A DNA stretch of 64,000 nt from Macrostomum hystrix (GCA_950097015.1 CATNEN010000024.1:6262001-6326000), one strand, 5' to 3'; positions 45,384 to 58,478 are shown, numbered from the stretch's first letter. Numbers and translations are program-made. The notes: generated by a model from the sequence alone, not told the origin.

Positions 45384-46429
45384 AAAAAGTATAAATTGTA
45401 ATACAAATTTGTTTGTCTTTCCTTTCCATATTTTCTGTTTATATTCCTAGATTTCACTCGCGCTCTGTGATAGCCAAATCTACAAGCTTAATACATGCAG
45501 GCAGGCCTTTAAAAGTACAACTATCTAATAGTACCGTACTTTGTTAATTTTATAATTGCCTTTTCTGCACATATCTGCGACAAGCGAGTTTTCGTCTGCT
45601 AAAATTACTTTGCTTGTACTCGTATAACTTGCAAGGTCAGTTTTTTTTAAACAAATTATATTAATTGGTATTTATTCTTTCAATTTAAATTGACTTTGAA
45701 GTACTGCTGTTCCAGTTACTTTCTGTACCTTGGGTGTTTTATTATTTCAATCCCCCTGTGACTCCGTTTTTTTCATTCTTCCTTTTGTGTAGTTTTTAAG
45801 AAATTTGTACAAGCTTTTCTATAATTGTCTGTTGTGTGTTTATACAGGATATTTATATAAATTAAATTTTAACTAAAATAGTTTAATTATAGTCGCTTAA
45901 CTAGAAACTGCTTGGCTAGGAATTACGTAAAACTTTTTAAGATCCATATTTTCGGACAAGACATCATATTGCTCTTCTCCTAGTATCAAATTGAATTGAT
46001 AAAAAAAACATAAAAGACTCGAACTAATTCCTACAGATTGTATGTCTCGAATTTTTTATTACAACTCTGATATTAGTAAGTCACAGTTCCAATTTCGAAT
46101 ACTTTTCTCACAAATTTAACTTGCATTGCTTCGAAATTCTACTTTTAGTAGTAAGATATACTTTTTGTTTTTTTAAGTCGCGCTTGTGGAGTTTATTTCA
46201 ATCTTGCTTCCCTTCGTTTGCTTACCTCCGCACCTTTTTCATAGAGAAATTTCAAAAAGTTAAATAATGCAATCATTCTCAACAACAGCTAATTTAACGA
46301 TATATATTACTTAATCAAGTCGAGTCTCTAATCATTTGAGCTAAGCATGAATTTTTTAAGTTTGTATTCTATTACCGAAGTGAAGTATAGTGGCAGAATT
46401 CAGGGACAAAGGACGCAAAAATTTCGTGT

Positions 46430-46565
46430 TAGCGTCACACCTGTAACCAGTTCTATTTTTAGCATCCAGCGAGGTCAATAAACACGCGATCAGCTCGTGT
46501 TAGGTGGCGTCACGACTGTAACCAGTACTATTTATAGCATCCAGCAAGGTCAATAAACACGCTAT
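46430..46565. repeat. Two-copy ~75-bp imperfect direct repeat
   Basis: gcgtcac..ctgtaaccagt.ctatt..tagcatccagc.aggtcaataaacacgc occurs twice. Confidence 0.75.
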
Positions 46566-46884
46566 GTTGTCGTATATACTCTCCTTTTTTAATGGATGCT
46601 ATTAAGGGCTGAAACTGTTTATACGCATTAGTTGTTGTTGAGCTTTTTACATCTTTAAAACTGTCTGTTAAAACAAATTTCGCATCAAATACCTGTCTCA
46701 AGAAATCGTAAAAAGCAATTGGTTTTCGATATACTGTAGAGATTGCTGACTTTGCCTTATTCATTTGATTATCAGTGTGTAGAAAAGTACATGCAGTAGG
46801 CACTAGGTCAATATAAGTATTTTTCTTTTGCCCAAAACTAAGATAGCGGCGATAGATGACGATTATTATTCTGGAAAAGTAGGC

Positions 46885-47015
46885 CTTGATTGGCAGGTGG
46901 CAATAAGTTGATTATGGTCTATTTTCAATTTAGATAGGTACGGATTGGGTTGGCTCAGAGACTCGGGAGCAGCTGGCCCCTACGGCTCCCTAGCTCAGTA
47001 GGCCCGCAGGTATGA
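46885..47015 (+). promoter_or_regulatory. Probable WDR82 promoter and non-coding first exon
   Basis: Inverted CCAAT boxes (GATTGG at ~46889 and ~46943), a GC-rich patch, and a CAG|GTATGA donor after 47009 that can pair with the acceptor at 47800, 7 nt before the ATG. Confidence 0.5.
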
Positions 47016-47119
47016 GAAGGATCACGAAATATATATTCTATTATTAGTACTTGTATGACAACTTAACTGGCTGTTTTGTTAAAATAAGAAGCTAAATTTA
47101 TTTGCATTAACTATTTACT

Positions 47120-47648
47120 AGCATTTGCTGTGTACTATCATTAGTTTACTAGCATTAGCTGTGTACTAGCATAAGCTGTGTACTAGCTTTAACTGTGTAC
47201 TAGCTTTAGCTGTGTACTAGCATGAGCTGTGTACTAGCTTTAGCTGTGTACTAGCTTTAGTTTACTAGCTTTAACTGTGTACTAGCTTTAGCTGTGTACT
47301 AGCATAAGCTGTGTACTAGCTTTAGCTGTGTACTAACATTTATTTACTAGCATAAGCTGTGTACTAGCTTTAGCTGTGTACTAGCATAAACTGTGTACTA
47401 GCTTTAGCTGTGTACTAGCATAAGCTGTGTACTAGCTTTAGCTGTGTACTAACATTAGCTGTGTACTAGCTTTAGCTGTGTACTAGCATTAGCTGTGTAC
47501 TAGCTTTAGCTGTGTACTAGCATAAGCTGTGTACTAGCTTTAGCTGTGTACTAGCATAAGCTGTGTACTAGCTTTAGCTGTGTACTAACATTAGCTGTGT
47601 ACTAGCTTTAGCTGTGTACTAGCATTAGCTGTGTACTAGCATTAGCTG
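47120..47648. repeat. 17-bp minisatellite (WDR82 5'-UTR intron)
   Basis: Unit tagctgtgtactagc(tt/at). Confidence 0.93.
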
Positions 47649-47807
47649 GGATAGAAATTTAGGTGGGTAAATAGTGACCCCTGTCCGTGGACTATACAGC
47701 TGCATCAATCGATGTACATCTGGTCCAACAGAATTAGGGGTGTGATTTTGTGTATCTTGTTCAGATGCTGCAATTTATTTCCTATTTATTTCAATCGCAG
47801 CTTCGCT

Positions 47808-49232
47808 ATGCGCCTATTGGACTCCACACTGTGCGGCTTCAAGACCGTCAAGGTGATGAAAGAGAATGCCGACAAAGTTAATTGTATTAATTTTGCCGCC
47901 AACGGCGAGACACTGATTGCCAGCTCCGATGACGATCTCATTGTGATCTACGACTGTATCGAGGGTGCTCCCAAACGCACTCTGAACTCCAAGAAGTACG
48001 GCGTCGATCTCATTCAGTTCACACACGCCGCCTACACTGCGATTCACTGCTCAACAAAGGTTGACGACACTATTCGCTACTTATCGCTGCACGACAATAA
48101 GTACATTCGCTATTTCCCCGGGCACACGCGCAAGGTCACGTCGCTGTGCATGTCTCCAGTTGATGACACATTCCTTAGCGGCGCGGCAGATCGGACCATC
48201 CGGCTGTGGGATCTGCGCTCCCCATCCTGCCAGGGCCTCATGCACGTGACCGGGCGTCCTGTGGCCGCTTTCGATCCCGAAGGTCTGATCTTTGCCGCCG
48301 GAGTCAACTCCGAGTGCATCAAGCTGTACGATTTGCGCTCCTTCGATAAGGGACCGTTTGCCACATTCAAGGTAGGTTACATACAATATAAAAGTACAAA
48401 TAATCCTGACTACACCCGCCGAAAACCCAAGTATACATTCGCCTAGAACGCTCAGAATCAATAACAACCACCGCATGTACACACGCCCACTACCCAATGT
48501 ACACACGGCAACCACCCCATGTACACACGGCAACCACCCCATGTACATATGGCAACCGCCCAGTGTACACACGCCCGTCATCCCAATGTACAGTGTCCAC
48601 CACCCTATGCACACACGGCAACCACCCCATGTTCGCACTCCGCGCCACCCCCAATGTACATACGACCAACACCCCATCGTACATAGGCCGCAACCAAGCT
48701 CAATCCCCCAACAATGATCCCGCAGGTGCCCGCAGTCTCCCTCGGTGACAGCGCAGGCACGGGGGGCCTAGCAGGCGGCGGAGGCGGCGCCGGAAACACA
48801 GCAGAATGGACGCACCTGAAGTTCAGCCCGGACGGCAAGCTAATACTGGTGGCCACCAACGGCTCAGCCATGCGCCTCATCGACGCATTCAGCGGCAGCG
48901 CTCTGCACGCCTTCGCCGGCTATAAGAACTCGCGCCAGCTCAGCCTGGAGGCCAGCTTCACCCCGGACAGCCAGTTTGTCCTTGCCGGCAGTCTAGATGG
49001 CCGGGTGCACGCTTGGAATAGCGACACAGGCCAGAAGGTGACGGTGTTGAATGCCTACGAAGGCGCGCCAACGCCGGCGCCGCAGCCGCAGCAGCCGCCG
49101 CTGACGCCCACTTCGGCGTCGCTGCCAGACGAGGTTGCTCCGATACTCTGCGTCCAGTTTAATCCCAAGTACATGATGATGGCCACCGCCTCCAACTACA
49201 TGGCCTTCTGGCTGCCCTATATTGACGAGTAG
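47808..49232 (+). CDS. WDR82: WD repeat-containing protein 82 (SET1/COMPASS and PNUTS-PP1 subunit), 356 aa
   Basis: join(47808..48371,48726..49232). Motifs: [81 protein letters not shown]...FWLP. Confidence 0.97.
48472..48660. repeat. Degenerate ~22-bp repeat (WDR82 intron)
   Basis: Unit atgtacacacggcaaccacccc. Confidence 0.75.
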
Positions 49233-49984
49233 AGCAAAAATTGGTCTAGCCTTCAATTATGGAAGTCCTTTTTGTCACCATAGATCGAGAGCCCGAAATA
49301 TCCCATGGATCTAGGGTAAAAATATCCCCATGTATCCAATATAGAACTTGAAATATAGCATGTATCTTAAGTCTAGGAATCTAGAATCCAAATTATCCCC
49401 AATGATTCAATTGGTCTGGTCGAAAGTACAGTCAATAACAAAAAACATAGTTAAACGTTTTTAATAAATAGGAACACGAAAGTCATCCAGAAGTGCATCT
49501 GTACTGTTATACTGTTGCTTTTGCAGTGCGAGTGCTCAGGTTATGAGTAGTTTAGGAAGTTCTTGTATCCCTTGTTGTCGCAGTTTTTTATTTGATTTAA
49601 TTTGCTTATCAAACACGTTCAACTCATCTAAACTATTGTTCATACCTTTGTGTCGCACCTGTCGACAAAATTGCTGTTAATATAAAAAAACTCGTTTTTA
49701 TTATTCCACTGCCAACTGTTGGACGCTCAGCAGCTATTGTTTGCATTAATTTTTCTGCTTATAATAATTATATAGGCCTAATTGTTTGCTTGATTTACCA
49801 ACTATTTCAGTATTTTTAAACAAGAAAACTTTTCCTTGATTGGACATCAGTGCTCTTTGGAGTTTGCTTGCTATCAGGTTTTTTAATTGTTCAAAAAAAT
49901 TAGGTAAAAAAAGAATTATAAGGAAAGTGACTGAAGAGATTAAAATATAAAAATGGGGGTAGGTAAAAATAGGTGAAGATATGA

Positions 49985-50270
49985 GAGAGAGGCGAGAGGA
50001 AAGAGGGGAGAGAAGGGCGAGAGGGGAAGAAGGGAGAGAAGGGCGAGAGGGGAAGAAGGGAGAGAAAGGCGTGAGGGAAAGAGAGGAGAGAAGGGCGAGA
50101 AAGGCAAGAGGGGAGAGAAAGGCGAGAGGGGAAGAGGGGAGAGAAGGGCTAGAGGGGAAGAGGGGAGAGAAAGGCGAGAGGGGAAGAGGGGAGAGAAAGG
50201 CGAGAGGGGAAGAGGGGAGAGAAAGACGAGAGGGGAAGAGGGGAGAGAAAGGCGAGAGGGGAAGGGGAGT
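49985..50270. repeat. 26-bp polypurine minisatellite between convergent WDR82 and ETS 3' ends
   Basis: Unit gggagagaaaggcgagaggggaagag. Confidence 0.88.
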
Positions 50271-50964
50271 GCTACTGGAAGAGAGATTGGAAATCAGAAG
50301 AGACCAAGCAAAATTAACACCCACTAGTATGCTAGCGAGCTGTGTTGAGAATGTCAGTAGTGAGAAGTGCAGTCGGAATGTCTTTTCGTCGGCCGACATG
50401 AACGCATGTGAATGATAAGATTGAACTTTTATCTGAATTCCCAATGGAAATCACAGCCTACAGTGGTGTTTTGTAGGTACGCGGTGCTGTTTTATTGACA
50501 AAAATGAATTATAAAACTTGTTATAATAGCTAGAGTTTGCACAAGCCAGTCTGCAGGCAGCGAGGAAGAAATATTTGTACTTATAAAAGTTGCTGTGACG
50601 CAGATACAGTTACTGCTCTCGTTTCTATGGGAACTGAATGGAAATAGATACATTGTAATAATTTTACCGTATCACAAATACGAGCGTATCTCGTAGTCAA
50701 CTTGTTAAAAACGGAAACCAATTCAACAATAGACTGCACATTTTCTGTAGGTCTCTTTTCACACCAATCCTGTTGAGAATGATGCCCTTATCAAGAGTCA
50801 TTTGAGATGCGTTGATTCGTTTGAGAAGCTTTTGAGTCGTTGAAAAATGTTTTTGAGTCTAACGAGGGCGCTACGATATCGCTTCTTTGGCTTCTTGAAA
50901 CTAGGAAACTTTAAGCTTGAAGAAACGAAGACGCCGCTTGCGAGGGAACCGTTTTCATTGGGCC

Positions 50965-52871
50965 CTAATAATAATATTCCTGCTGCCGCTGCCGCTGCAC
51001 CTGTTCAGCAAACTCGCGCAGTGTCTGGCGCAGGCGGCGCATCTCCTCCAGCGACTTCCGGCCCAGCTTGTACACTCGCTTCCGCTTGCACCGGCCTGCG
51101 TCTTGGGCGGCAAAATAGCCACCGTTGCCGCTGCCGCTGCGTCGCACCCTGCAGTTTGAGATCGGGTTGGCAGATAGGATAAATATTATCTTCCCTGTTC
51201 ATATTTTCCCTTCCCTCAGCCCCATCCCTGTTCCTGATCATATCCCTGTTCGAGATCCATCCCTGTTCCAGATCCCATCCCTGTTCCAGATCCCATCATC
51301 TGTTCCAGATCCCATTCCTTTTCCTGATCCCATTCCTTTTCCTGATCCCATCCTCTGCTTAAGATCCCACCCAGTGCCCAATACTGCTGATCCCTCCAGC
51401 CGGTCAAGATCCCACCCAGTGCCCAATACTGCTGATCCCTCCAGCCGGTCAAGATCCCACCCAGTGCCCAATACTGCTGATCCCTCCAGCCGGTCAAGAT
51501 CCCACCCAGTGCCCAATACTGCTGATCCCTCCAGCCGGTCAAGATCCCACCCAGCTCCCAATCGCCCTCGGCCCGCAGACCTCATGGCCCTGGCGAAGGT
51601 CTCGTATTTGCCGGTCCTGTTGCCCTTGATTCGCTGCCACAGCAGCGCCATCGTCTCCGTGTCCAGCGCCTTGAAGAAGCCGCTCTCGCCGCTGCACCGC
51701 CTGCCCTGGTCGTCGCAGAAGGCGAGAATTCCCGACAGGCCGGCGGGGAAGTCCAGGACGCCGTGCCAGTCGCCATCCGAGATCAGCAGCACAATGAGGA
51801 TGACCTCGTGCACCCTGACCCTCGAGGAGAGTCCGTCGGGTCGGTTATCGCGGCTCTCTGGGTCAAGGGTGGATGGGTGGGTCAGGAAATGACTTGGTGG
51901 GTCAGGAAATGACTTGGTGGGTCAGGAAATTACTTGGTGGGTCAGGAAATTACTTGGTGGGTCAGAAAACGAATCGGTGGGTCAGGAAAAAAATTGGTGG
52001 GTCAGTAAATGAATTGGTGTGTCAGGAAATGAATTGGTGGGTCAGTAAATGACTTGGTAGGTCAGGAAATGACTTGGTGGGTCAGGAAAAAAATTGGTGG
52101 GTCAGGAAAAAAATTGGTGGGTCAGTAAATGAATTGGTGTGTCAGGAAATGAATTGGTGGGTCAGTAAATGACTTGGTAGGTCAGGAAATGACTTGGTGG
52201 GTCAGGAAAAAAATTGGTGGGTCAGTAAATGAATTGGTGTGTCAGGAAATGAATTGGTGGGTCAGTAAATGACTTGGTGGGTCAGGAAATGACTTGGTGG
52301 GTCAGGAAATGACTTGGTGGGTCATGAAATGTACTGGTGGGTCAGTAAAGGTCGACTAGGTAGATTAGTACAATGCGGAGTGAATGGTTGGTCAGGAGTT
52401 TGAAATAGGTTGAAATATTGCATTACTTTCTTCAGTTAAAAGTTGCAATTAATTACCAATGATAGATTTGATGTAGTCGGACATCTCTTTAATCTTTTGC
52501 TCTCGTCCAATCGGTTGCAATGCTGCCAGCATCTCCTTCTGCTCCTTCTTATGGGGTAGCTGCTGTGGTAGCTGCTGTGGTATCTGCTGTGGTAGCTGCT
52601 GTGGTAGCTGCTGTGGTAGCTGCTGTGGTAGCTGCTGTGGTATCTGCTGTGGTAGCTGCTGTGGTAGCTGCTGTGGTAGCTGCTGTGGTAGCTGCTGTGG
52701 TAGCTGCTGTGGTAACTGCTGCTGCTGCTGCTGATTCTGGAGTTCAGGCTGAGTCCAAGATGTCGGAAACTCTGGCTCATAGTCGTAGCGGATATCGTCT
52801 GTAGTTTGCTCTTGCGGCCAGAAAAGCGGATCTTGCAGCAGGAAATCGTTTTCCACACTGATATTCCACAT
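50965..52871 (-). CDS. Divergent ETS-domain transcription factor with Gln/Pro repeat (at least 291 aa; may extend 5')
   Basis: complement(join(52457..52871,51581..51857,50965..51148)), phases 1 and 2 match. ETS-like FFKALDTETMALLWQRIKGN...KYETFARAMR and RKRVYKLG. The acceptor ending at 52885 is followed by an open frame into the ATG, so upstream coding exons are possible. Confidence 0.75.
51230..51555. repeat. 18-bp repeats plus four copies of a 45-bp repeat (ETS last intron)
   Basis: gatcccatccctgttcca; aagatcccacccagtgcccaatactgctgatccctccagccggtc. Confidence 0.9.
51876..52350. repeat. 20-bp minisatellite (ETS intron)
   Basis: Unit ggtgggtcaggaaatgactt. Confidence 0.92.
52556..52735 (-). 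repeat. Coding 12-bp repeat encoding (QQLP)n
   Basis: (gctgctgtggta)n on the + strand, ~14 units, in frame within the ETS exon. Confidence 0.9.
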
Positions 52872-52959
52872 TTCAGTGTACGATCTGGCGATATATGTTT
52901 CAATGAGAGGCTTAACGGCTGCGATAGTTTATGAAATCTTTGCGGTTTCGAGATGTCGG

Positions 52960-55190
52960 GAGGGAGGGGCGCCGCCGTGGATTTTGGGAGAAAGGGGAGG
53001 GGCGCCACAACGGATTTTGGGAGGGAGGGGAGGGGCGCCGCCATGGATTTTGGGAGGGAGGGGAGGGGCGCCACCACGGATTTTGGGAGAAAGGGGAGGG
53101 GCACCGCCACGGATTTTGGGAGGGGAGGGGCGCCGCCACGGATTTTGGAGGGAAGGGGAGGGACTCCGCCACGGATTTTGGGAGAAATGGGAGGGGCGCC
53201 ACAACGGATTTTGGGAGGGAGGGGAGGGGCGCCGCCACGGATTTTAGGGAGGGGAGGGGCGCCGCCATGGATTTGGGAGTGAGGGGAGAGGCGCCACGGA
53301 TTTTATGAGGGGAGGGGCGCCGCCATGGATTTTAAGAGGGAGGGGAGGGGCGCCGGCACGGATTTTGGGAGAAAAGGGAGGGGCGCCACAACGGATTTTG
53401 GGAGGGAGGGGAATGGCGCCACAACGGATTTTGGGAGGGAGGGGAGGGGCGCCACAACGGATTTTGGGAGGGAGGGAGAGGCGCCACGTATTTTATGAGG
53501 GGAGGGGCGCCGCCATGGATTTTGGGAGGAAGGGGAGGGGCGCCACAACGGATTTTGGGAGAAAGGGGTGGGGCGCCGCCACGGATTTTAGTGAGGGGAG
53601 GGGCGCCGCCATGGATTTTGGGAGGGAGGGGGAGGGGCGCCACAACGGATTTTGGGAGGGAGGGGAGGGGCGCCACAACGGATTTTGGGAGGGAGGGAGA
53701 GGCGCCACGTATTTTATGAGGGGAGGGGCGCCGCCATGGATTTTGGGAGGGAGGGAGAGGCGCCACGTATTTTATGAGGGGAGGGGCGCCGCCATGGATT
53801 TTGGGAGGAAGGGGAGGGGCGCCACAACGGATTTTGGGAGAAAGGGGTGGGGCGCCGCCACGGATTTTAGTGAGGGGAGGGGGCGCCGCCATGGATTTTG
53901 GGAGGGAGGGGAGGGGCGCCACAACGGATTTTGGGAGGGAGGGGAGGGGCGCCACAACGGATTTTGGGAGGGAGGGAGAGGCGCCACGTATTTTATGAGG
54001 GGAGGGGCGCCGCCATGGATTTTGGGAGGGAGGGAGAGGCGCCACGGATTTTATGAGGGGAGGGGCGCCGCCATGGATTTTGGGAGGGAGGGGAGGGGGC
54101 GCCACAACGGATTTTGGGAGAAAGGGGTGGGGCGCCGCCACGGATTTTAGGGAGGGGAGGGGCGCCGCCATGGATTTTGGGAGGTAGGGGAGGGGCGCCG
54201 CCACGGATTTTGGGAGGGAGGGGAGGGGCGCCGCCACGGATTTTAGGGAGGGGAGGGGCGCCGCCACGGATTTTAGGGAGGGGAGGGGCGCCGCCATGGA
54301 TTTTGGGAGGTAGGGGAGGGGCGCCGCCACGGATTTTGGGGAGGGAGGGGAGGGGCGCCGCCACGGATTTTAGGGAGGGGAGGGGCGCCGCCATGGATTT
54401 TGGGAGGGAGGGGAGGGGCACCGCCACGGATTTTGGGAGGGAGGGGATGGGCGCCACTATGGATTTTGGGAGAAAGGGGAGGGGCGCCACTATGGATTTT
54501 GGGAGAAAGGGGAGGGGCGCCACTATGGATTTTGGGAGAAAGGGGAGGGGCGCCACTATGGATTTTGGGAGAAAGGGGAGGGGCGCCGCCACGAATTTTG
54601 GGAGGGAAGGGGAGGGGCACCGCCACGGATTTTGGGAGAAAGGGGAGGGGCACCGCCACGGATTTTGGGAGAAAGGGGAGGGGCGCCGCGACGCATTTTG
54701 GGAGGGGAGGGGCGCCGCCACGGATTTTGGGAGGGGAGGGGCGCCGCCACGGTTTTGGGGTGGGATGGGAGGGGCGCAACAACGGATTTTGGGAGAAAGG
54801 GGTGGGGCGCCGCCATGGATTCTGGGAAGGAGGGGCGCCATTATAGATTTTTGGAAGGAGGGGCGCCGCCACGGATTTTGGAAGGGAGGGGAGAGGCGCC
54901 ACGGATTTTATGAGGGGAGGGGCGCCGCCATGGATTTTAAGAGGGAGGGGAGGGGCGCCGCCACGGATTTTGGGAGGGGATGGGCGCCGCCACGGATTTT
55001 GGGAGGGGAGGGGCGCCGCCACGGATTTTGGGAGGGAGGGGAGGGGCTCCGCCACGGATTTTGGGAGGGAGGGGAGGGGCGCCGCCACGGATTTTAGGGA
55101 GGGGAGGGGCGCCGCCACGGATTTTAGGGAGGGGAGGGGCGCCGCCATGGATTTGGGAGGGAGGGGAGGGGTGCCATGGATTTTTGGGGC
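52960..55190. repeat. ~33-bp G-rich minisatellite, 2.2 kb
   Basis: Unit ggattttgggagggaggggaggggcgccgccac with many length variants. Confidence 0.95.
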
Positions 55191-56087
55191 CGTGGCCATA
55201 AGGGCTTGCAATTCGAAGCTAATATTTAAACTTACTCCATAGTGTACGCGTCGCTGAACTTTTGTCAGGTTGTTTTATCAAGAGAAAAGAGTAATTGGCG
55301 ATCTCGTTTAAGCTGGTGTCCTGTTTTCAGCCTCCTTTTTATCTAGTTTTTTTCTCCATGTCGCCAACCCAACTCAAAGCCTGACCTGGTCTTAGGCAGC
55401 AGGTGATAGTGCGCCGAAGTGAGTAGTGGTGCTGTCCGTGTGTCTTTACTTTTCTCGACATTTAAGATAATAGAATAACTGCTATGGAAATTTTGAAAGG
55501 AGTCAGAAGCGTTTCTTTTGCTTCAATTGCCTCCCTCGGTGCCATAAAAAACGTGTAAATTTATGGAAAAAATGTGCTACAAATTTGCGGCTCCGTGCTC
55601 CGACCCAATTGTTATCCGCGACAATGAAATACAAGCAATAAAACAGTTTCTCTTCAATGTTAACAGAAGCTTCAAGTGGCCGGTAGGCAAGCTATTGTGT
55701 TAGTGACGCATAGTTTTTGTTCTTTTGTTCAGGAGCTTGTCTTGGCAGCATGTTTTTACTCGAGTGGCTTAGTTAGTTACTCTTAATTAACTTATCCCCG
55801 CCTTTGAATAGCAGAGCGGCTATTTTGAGTTTATTGCCACCTTTCAATTGTCACTGCACAAAGAGAACTCTATTCTTCTTTATATTTGCTCAGTAACTGG
55901 AAAAAGCTGCTGTAAATTTTTTCTGCTTTTGCTTCTTCTGCTGCTACGAGCTACAATCGGAATAGCAATTCTGTCTACCATCTATTTATTTTTATTTCAC
56001 TCCGTGCACTGCCTATTTCATTTAATTTATTTAAGCTTTAATTTACTTTGCGGAACCCTGTCTATGGGTTGGTTCGAATAATTCAAT

Positions 56088-56765
56088 GCAGGTGTCAGAA
56101 GAGTTCGATGGAGGGGTCAGAAGAGTTCGATGGAGGTGTCAGAAGAGTTTGATGGATGTGTCAGAAGAGCTCGATGGAGGTGTCAAAAGAGCTCGATGGA
56201 GGTGTCAAAAGAGCTCGATGGAGGTGTCAGAAGAGTTCGATGGAGGTGTCAGAAGAGTTCGATGGAGGTGTCAGAAGAGTTCGATGGAGGTGTCAGAAGA
56301 GTTCGATGGAGGTGTCAGAAGAGTTCGATGGAGGGGTCAGAAGAGTTCGATGGAGGTGTCAGAAGAGTTCGATGGAGGTGTCAGAGGAGTTCGATGGAGG
56401 TGTCAGAAGAGTTCGATGGAGGTGTCAGAAGAGTTCGATGGAGGTGTCAAAAGAGCTCGATGGAGGTGTCAAAAGAGCTCGATGGAGGTGTCAGAAGAGT
56501 TCGATGGAGGTGTCAGAAGAGTTCGATGGAGGGGTCAGAAGAGTTCGATGGAGGTGTCAGAAGAGTTCGATGGAGGTGTCAGAGGAGTTCGATGGAGGTG
56601 TCAGAAGAGTTCGATGGAGGTGTCAGAAGAGTTCGATGGAGGTGTCAGAAGAGTTCGATGGAGGTGTCAGAAGAGTTCGATGGAGGTGTCAGAAGAGTTC
56701 GATGGAGGTGTCAGAAGAGTTCGATGGAGGTGTCAGAAGAGTTCGATGGCGGTGTCAGAAGAATT
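56088..56765. repeat. 22-bp minisatellite
   Basis: Unit gtcagaagagttcgatggaggt. Confidence 0.95.
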
Positions 56766-57699
56766 CGATTGGATTAAACTTTTCAATTTCGCTCACTAAA
56801 ACTGTAAGCGATCTGCACATTCGCTCACCATGTTAAACTGAGTTTCCACATCCTCAGAGTCCTCACCTGGCAGCTAAGAACTATTGTTTCCAATCCTGTC
56901 CAGCCCGATTTCAATCAAGGTCCAGTAGGGAGCAGTCCTGAGTCCTGGCCTTTTCTGTCTACCGACGCCATCAGAATCCATGAAGCCCTGTCGACTCTGT
57001 CTTGAATAATTAATTAGCAGGACTCGAGTACGGCTTCGGTGACTTCGGTGGAATTCCAGCTCTCCCCTGTCACTCGTCTCATCTCTCCCCGGGGCTGTCA
57101 GCTAGATCCCATTGCAGAAATCCCATTAATTCCAACTTGTATAGCCAGATGTGGCGGTGCCTGTTTTAAATGCTGATGCAGCCTTGAAGCCTTGCATGGT
57201 AGGCTGGCTGCACTCTGCATTTTCAAGCCTAGAACTGGAGATGTCACAGATATCCCGTGCTGTCACTTGTGATCCTGAAAAATTCCAGTTCCCACCTAAT
57301 AGTTCTAATCTCTGAATACCACACCCATAATTTCGGTTGGAGCACTGGAAAGATTCTTAGCTGAATCTTCATTTCTTTCCCGCATATACAGATAAAAGCT
57401 GGCATTGGGTGCCGCTTGATTGACTAGCTTGAACACTCGCACACACTCTCAGTCTGCTCTAACGGCTATTTGAGCATCTTCGGCAAATGGGCTTCGGCTC
57501 CAATGTGAAGTGTTTGCAAAGGGCTGCCTTTCTTTAAGCTCCTAGTTGAGCCGATGGCACGGGATGCTCATCAACACTAAGTACGCAGTCTACAACCGCG
57601 CGTCTGCACTTATAAAATTTTGTATTAGTAAGCTACGGATAGTAAGTGTATGTTAAAAAGCATAGTAAGGGAAGCCTTTGTATTGTAAAATGATACCCC

Positions 57700-58478
57700 A
57701 CCCCCACATTTGGATAGGCCTGGATATGTCTCTAACCCCTCACCCCCACAGTTTTGGATAGGCCTGGATAGGTCTCTAACCCCACCCCCACTTTTGGATA
57801 ACCCAAACCACAAGGTTGGATAGGCCTCTAACCCCACCCCAAAGTTGGATAGGCCTCTAACCCCACCCACAAAGTTGGATAGGCCTCTAACCCCACCCAC
57901 AAAGTTGGATAGGCCTCTAACCCCACCCCAAAGTTGGATAGGCCTCTAACCCCACCCACAAAGTTGGATAGGCCTCTAACCCACCCACAAAGTTGGATAG
58001 GCCTCTAACCCCACCCCAATGTTGGATAGGCCTCTAACCCCACCCCAATGTTGGATAGGCCTCTAACCCCACCCCAATGTTGGATAGGCCTCTAACCCCA
58101 CCCCAATGTTGGATAGGCCTCTAACCCCACCCACAAAGTTGGATAGGCCTCTAACCCCACCCCAAAGTTGGATAGGCCTCTAACCCCACCCCAAAGTTGG
58201 ATAGGCCTCTAACCCACCCACAAAGTTGGATAGGCCTCTAACCCCACCCACAAAGTTGGATAGGCCTCTAACCCCACCCCAAAGTTGGATAGGCCTCTAA
58301 CCCCACCCCAAAGTTGGATAGGCCTCTAACCCCACCCCAAAGTTGGATAGGCCTCTAACCCACCCACAAAGTTGGATAGGCCTCTAACCCCACCCCAAAG
58401 TTGGATAGGCCTCTAACCCCACCCACAAAGTTGGATAGGCCTCTAACCCACCCACAAAGTTGGATAGGCCTCTAACCC
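57700..58478. repeat. 29/30-bp minisatellite with internal imperfect dyad
   Basis: Unit gttggataggcctctaaccccaccc(c/ac)aaa. Confidence 0.94.

Noticed and set aside
46528-46803. 91-aa minus-strand ORF between TRIM37 and WDR82
   Set aside because: AT-rich, no recognisable motif or splice context, and it ends inside a direct repeat.
35904-47808. Ankyrin-TRIM37-WDR82 as a trans-spliced operon (same strand, ~2 kb gaps)
   Set aside because: WDR82 has CCAAT boxes and a cis donor at 47009 matching its acceptor, suggesting its own promoter. There is no direct evidence of SL use; this cannot be fully excluded without SL reads.
3920-58478. 6-bp palindromes in many units (GATATC, CAATTG, TGTACA, TCTAGA, AGGCCT) as a common signal
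   Set aside because: The palindromes differ between arrays and short ones are expected by chance; this is not supportable without statistics.
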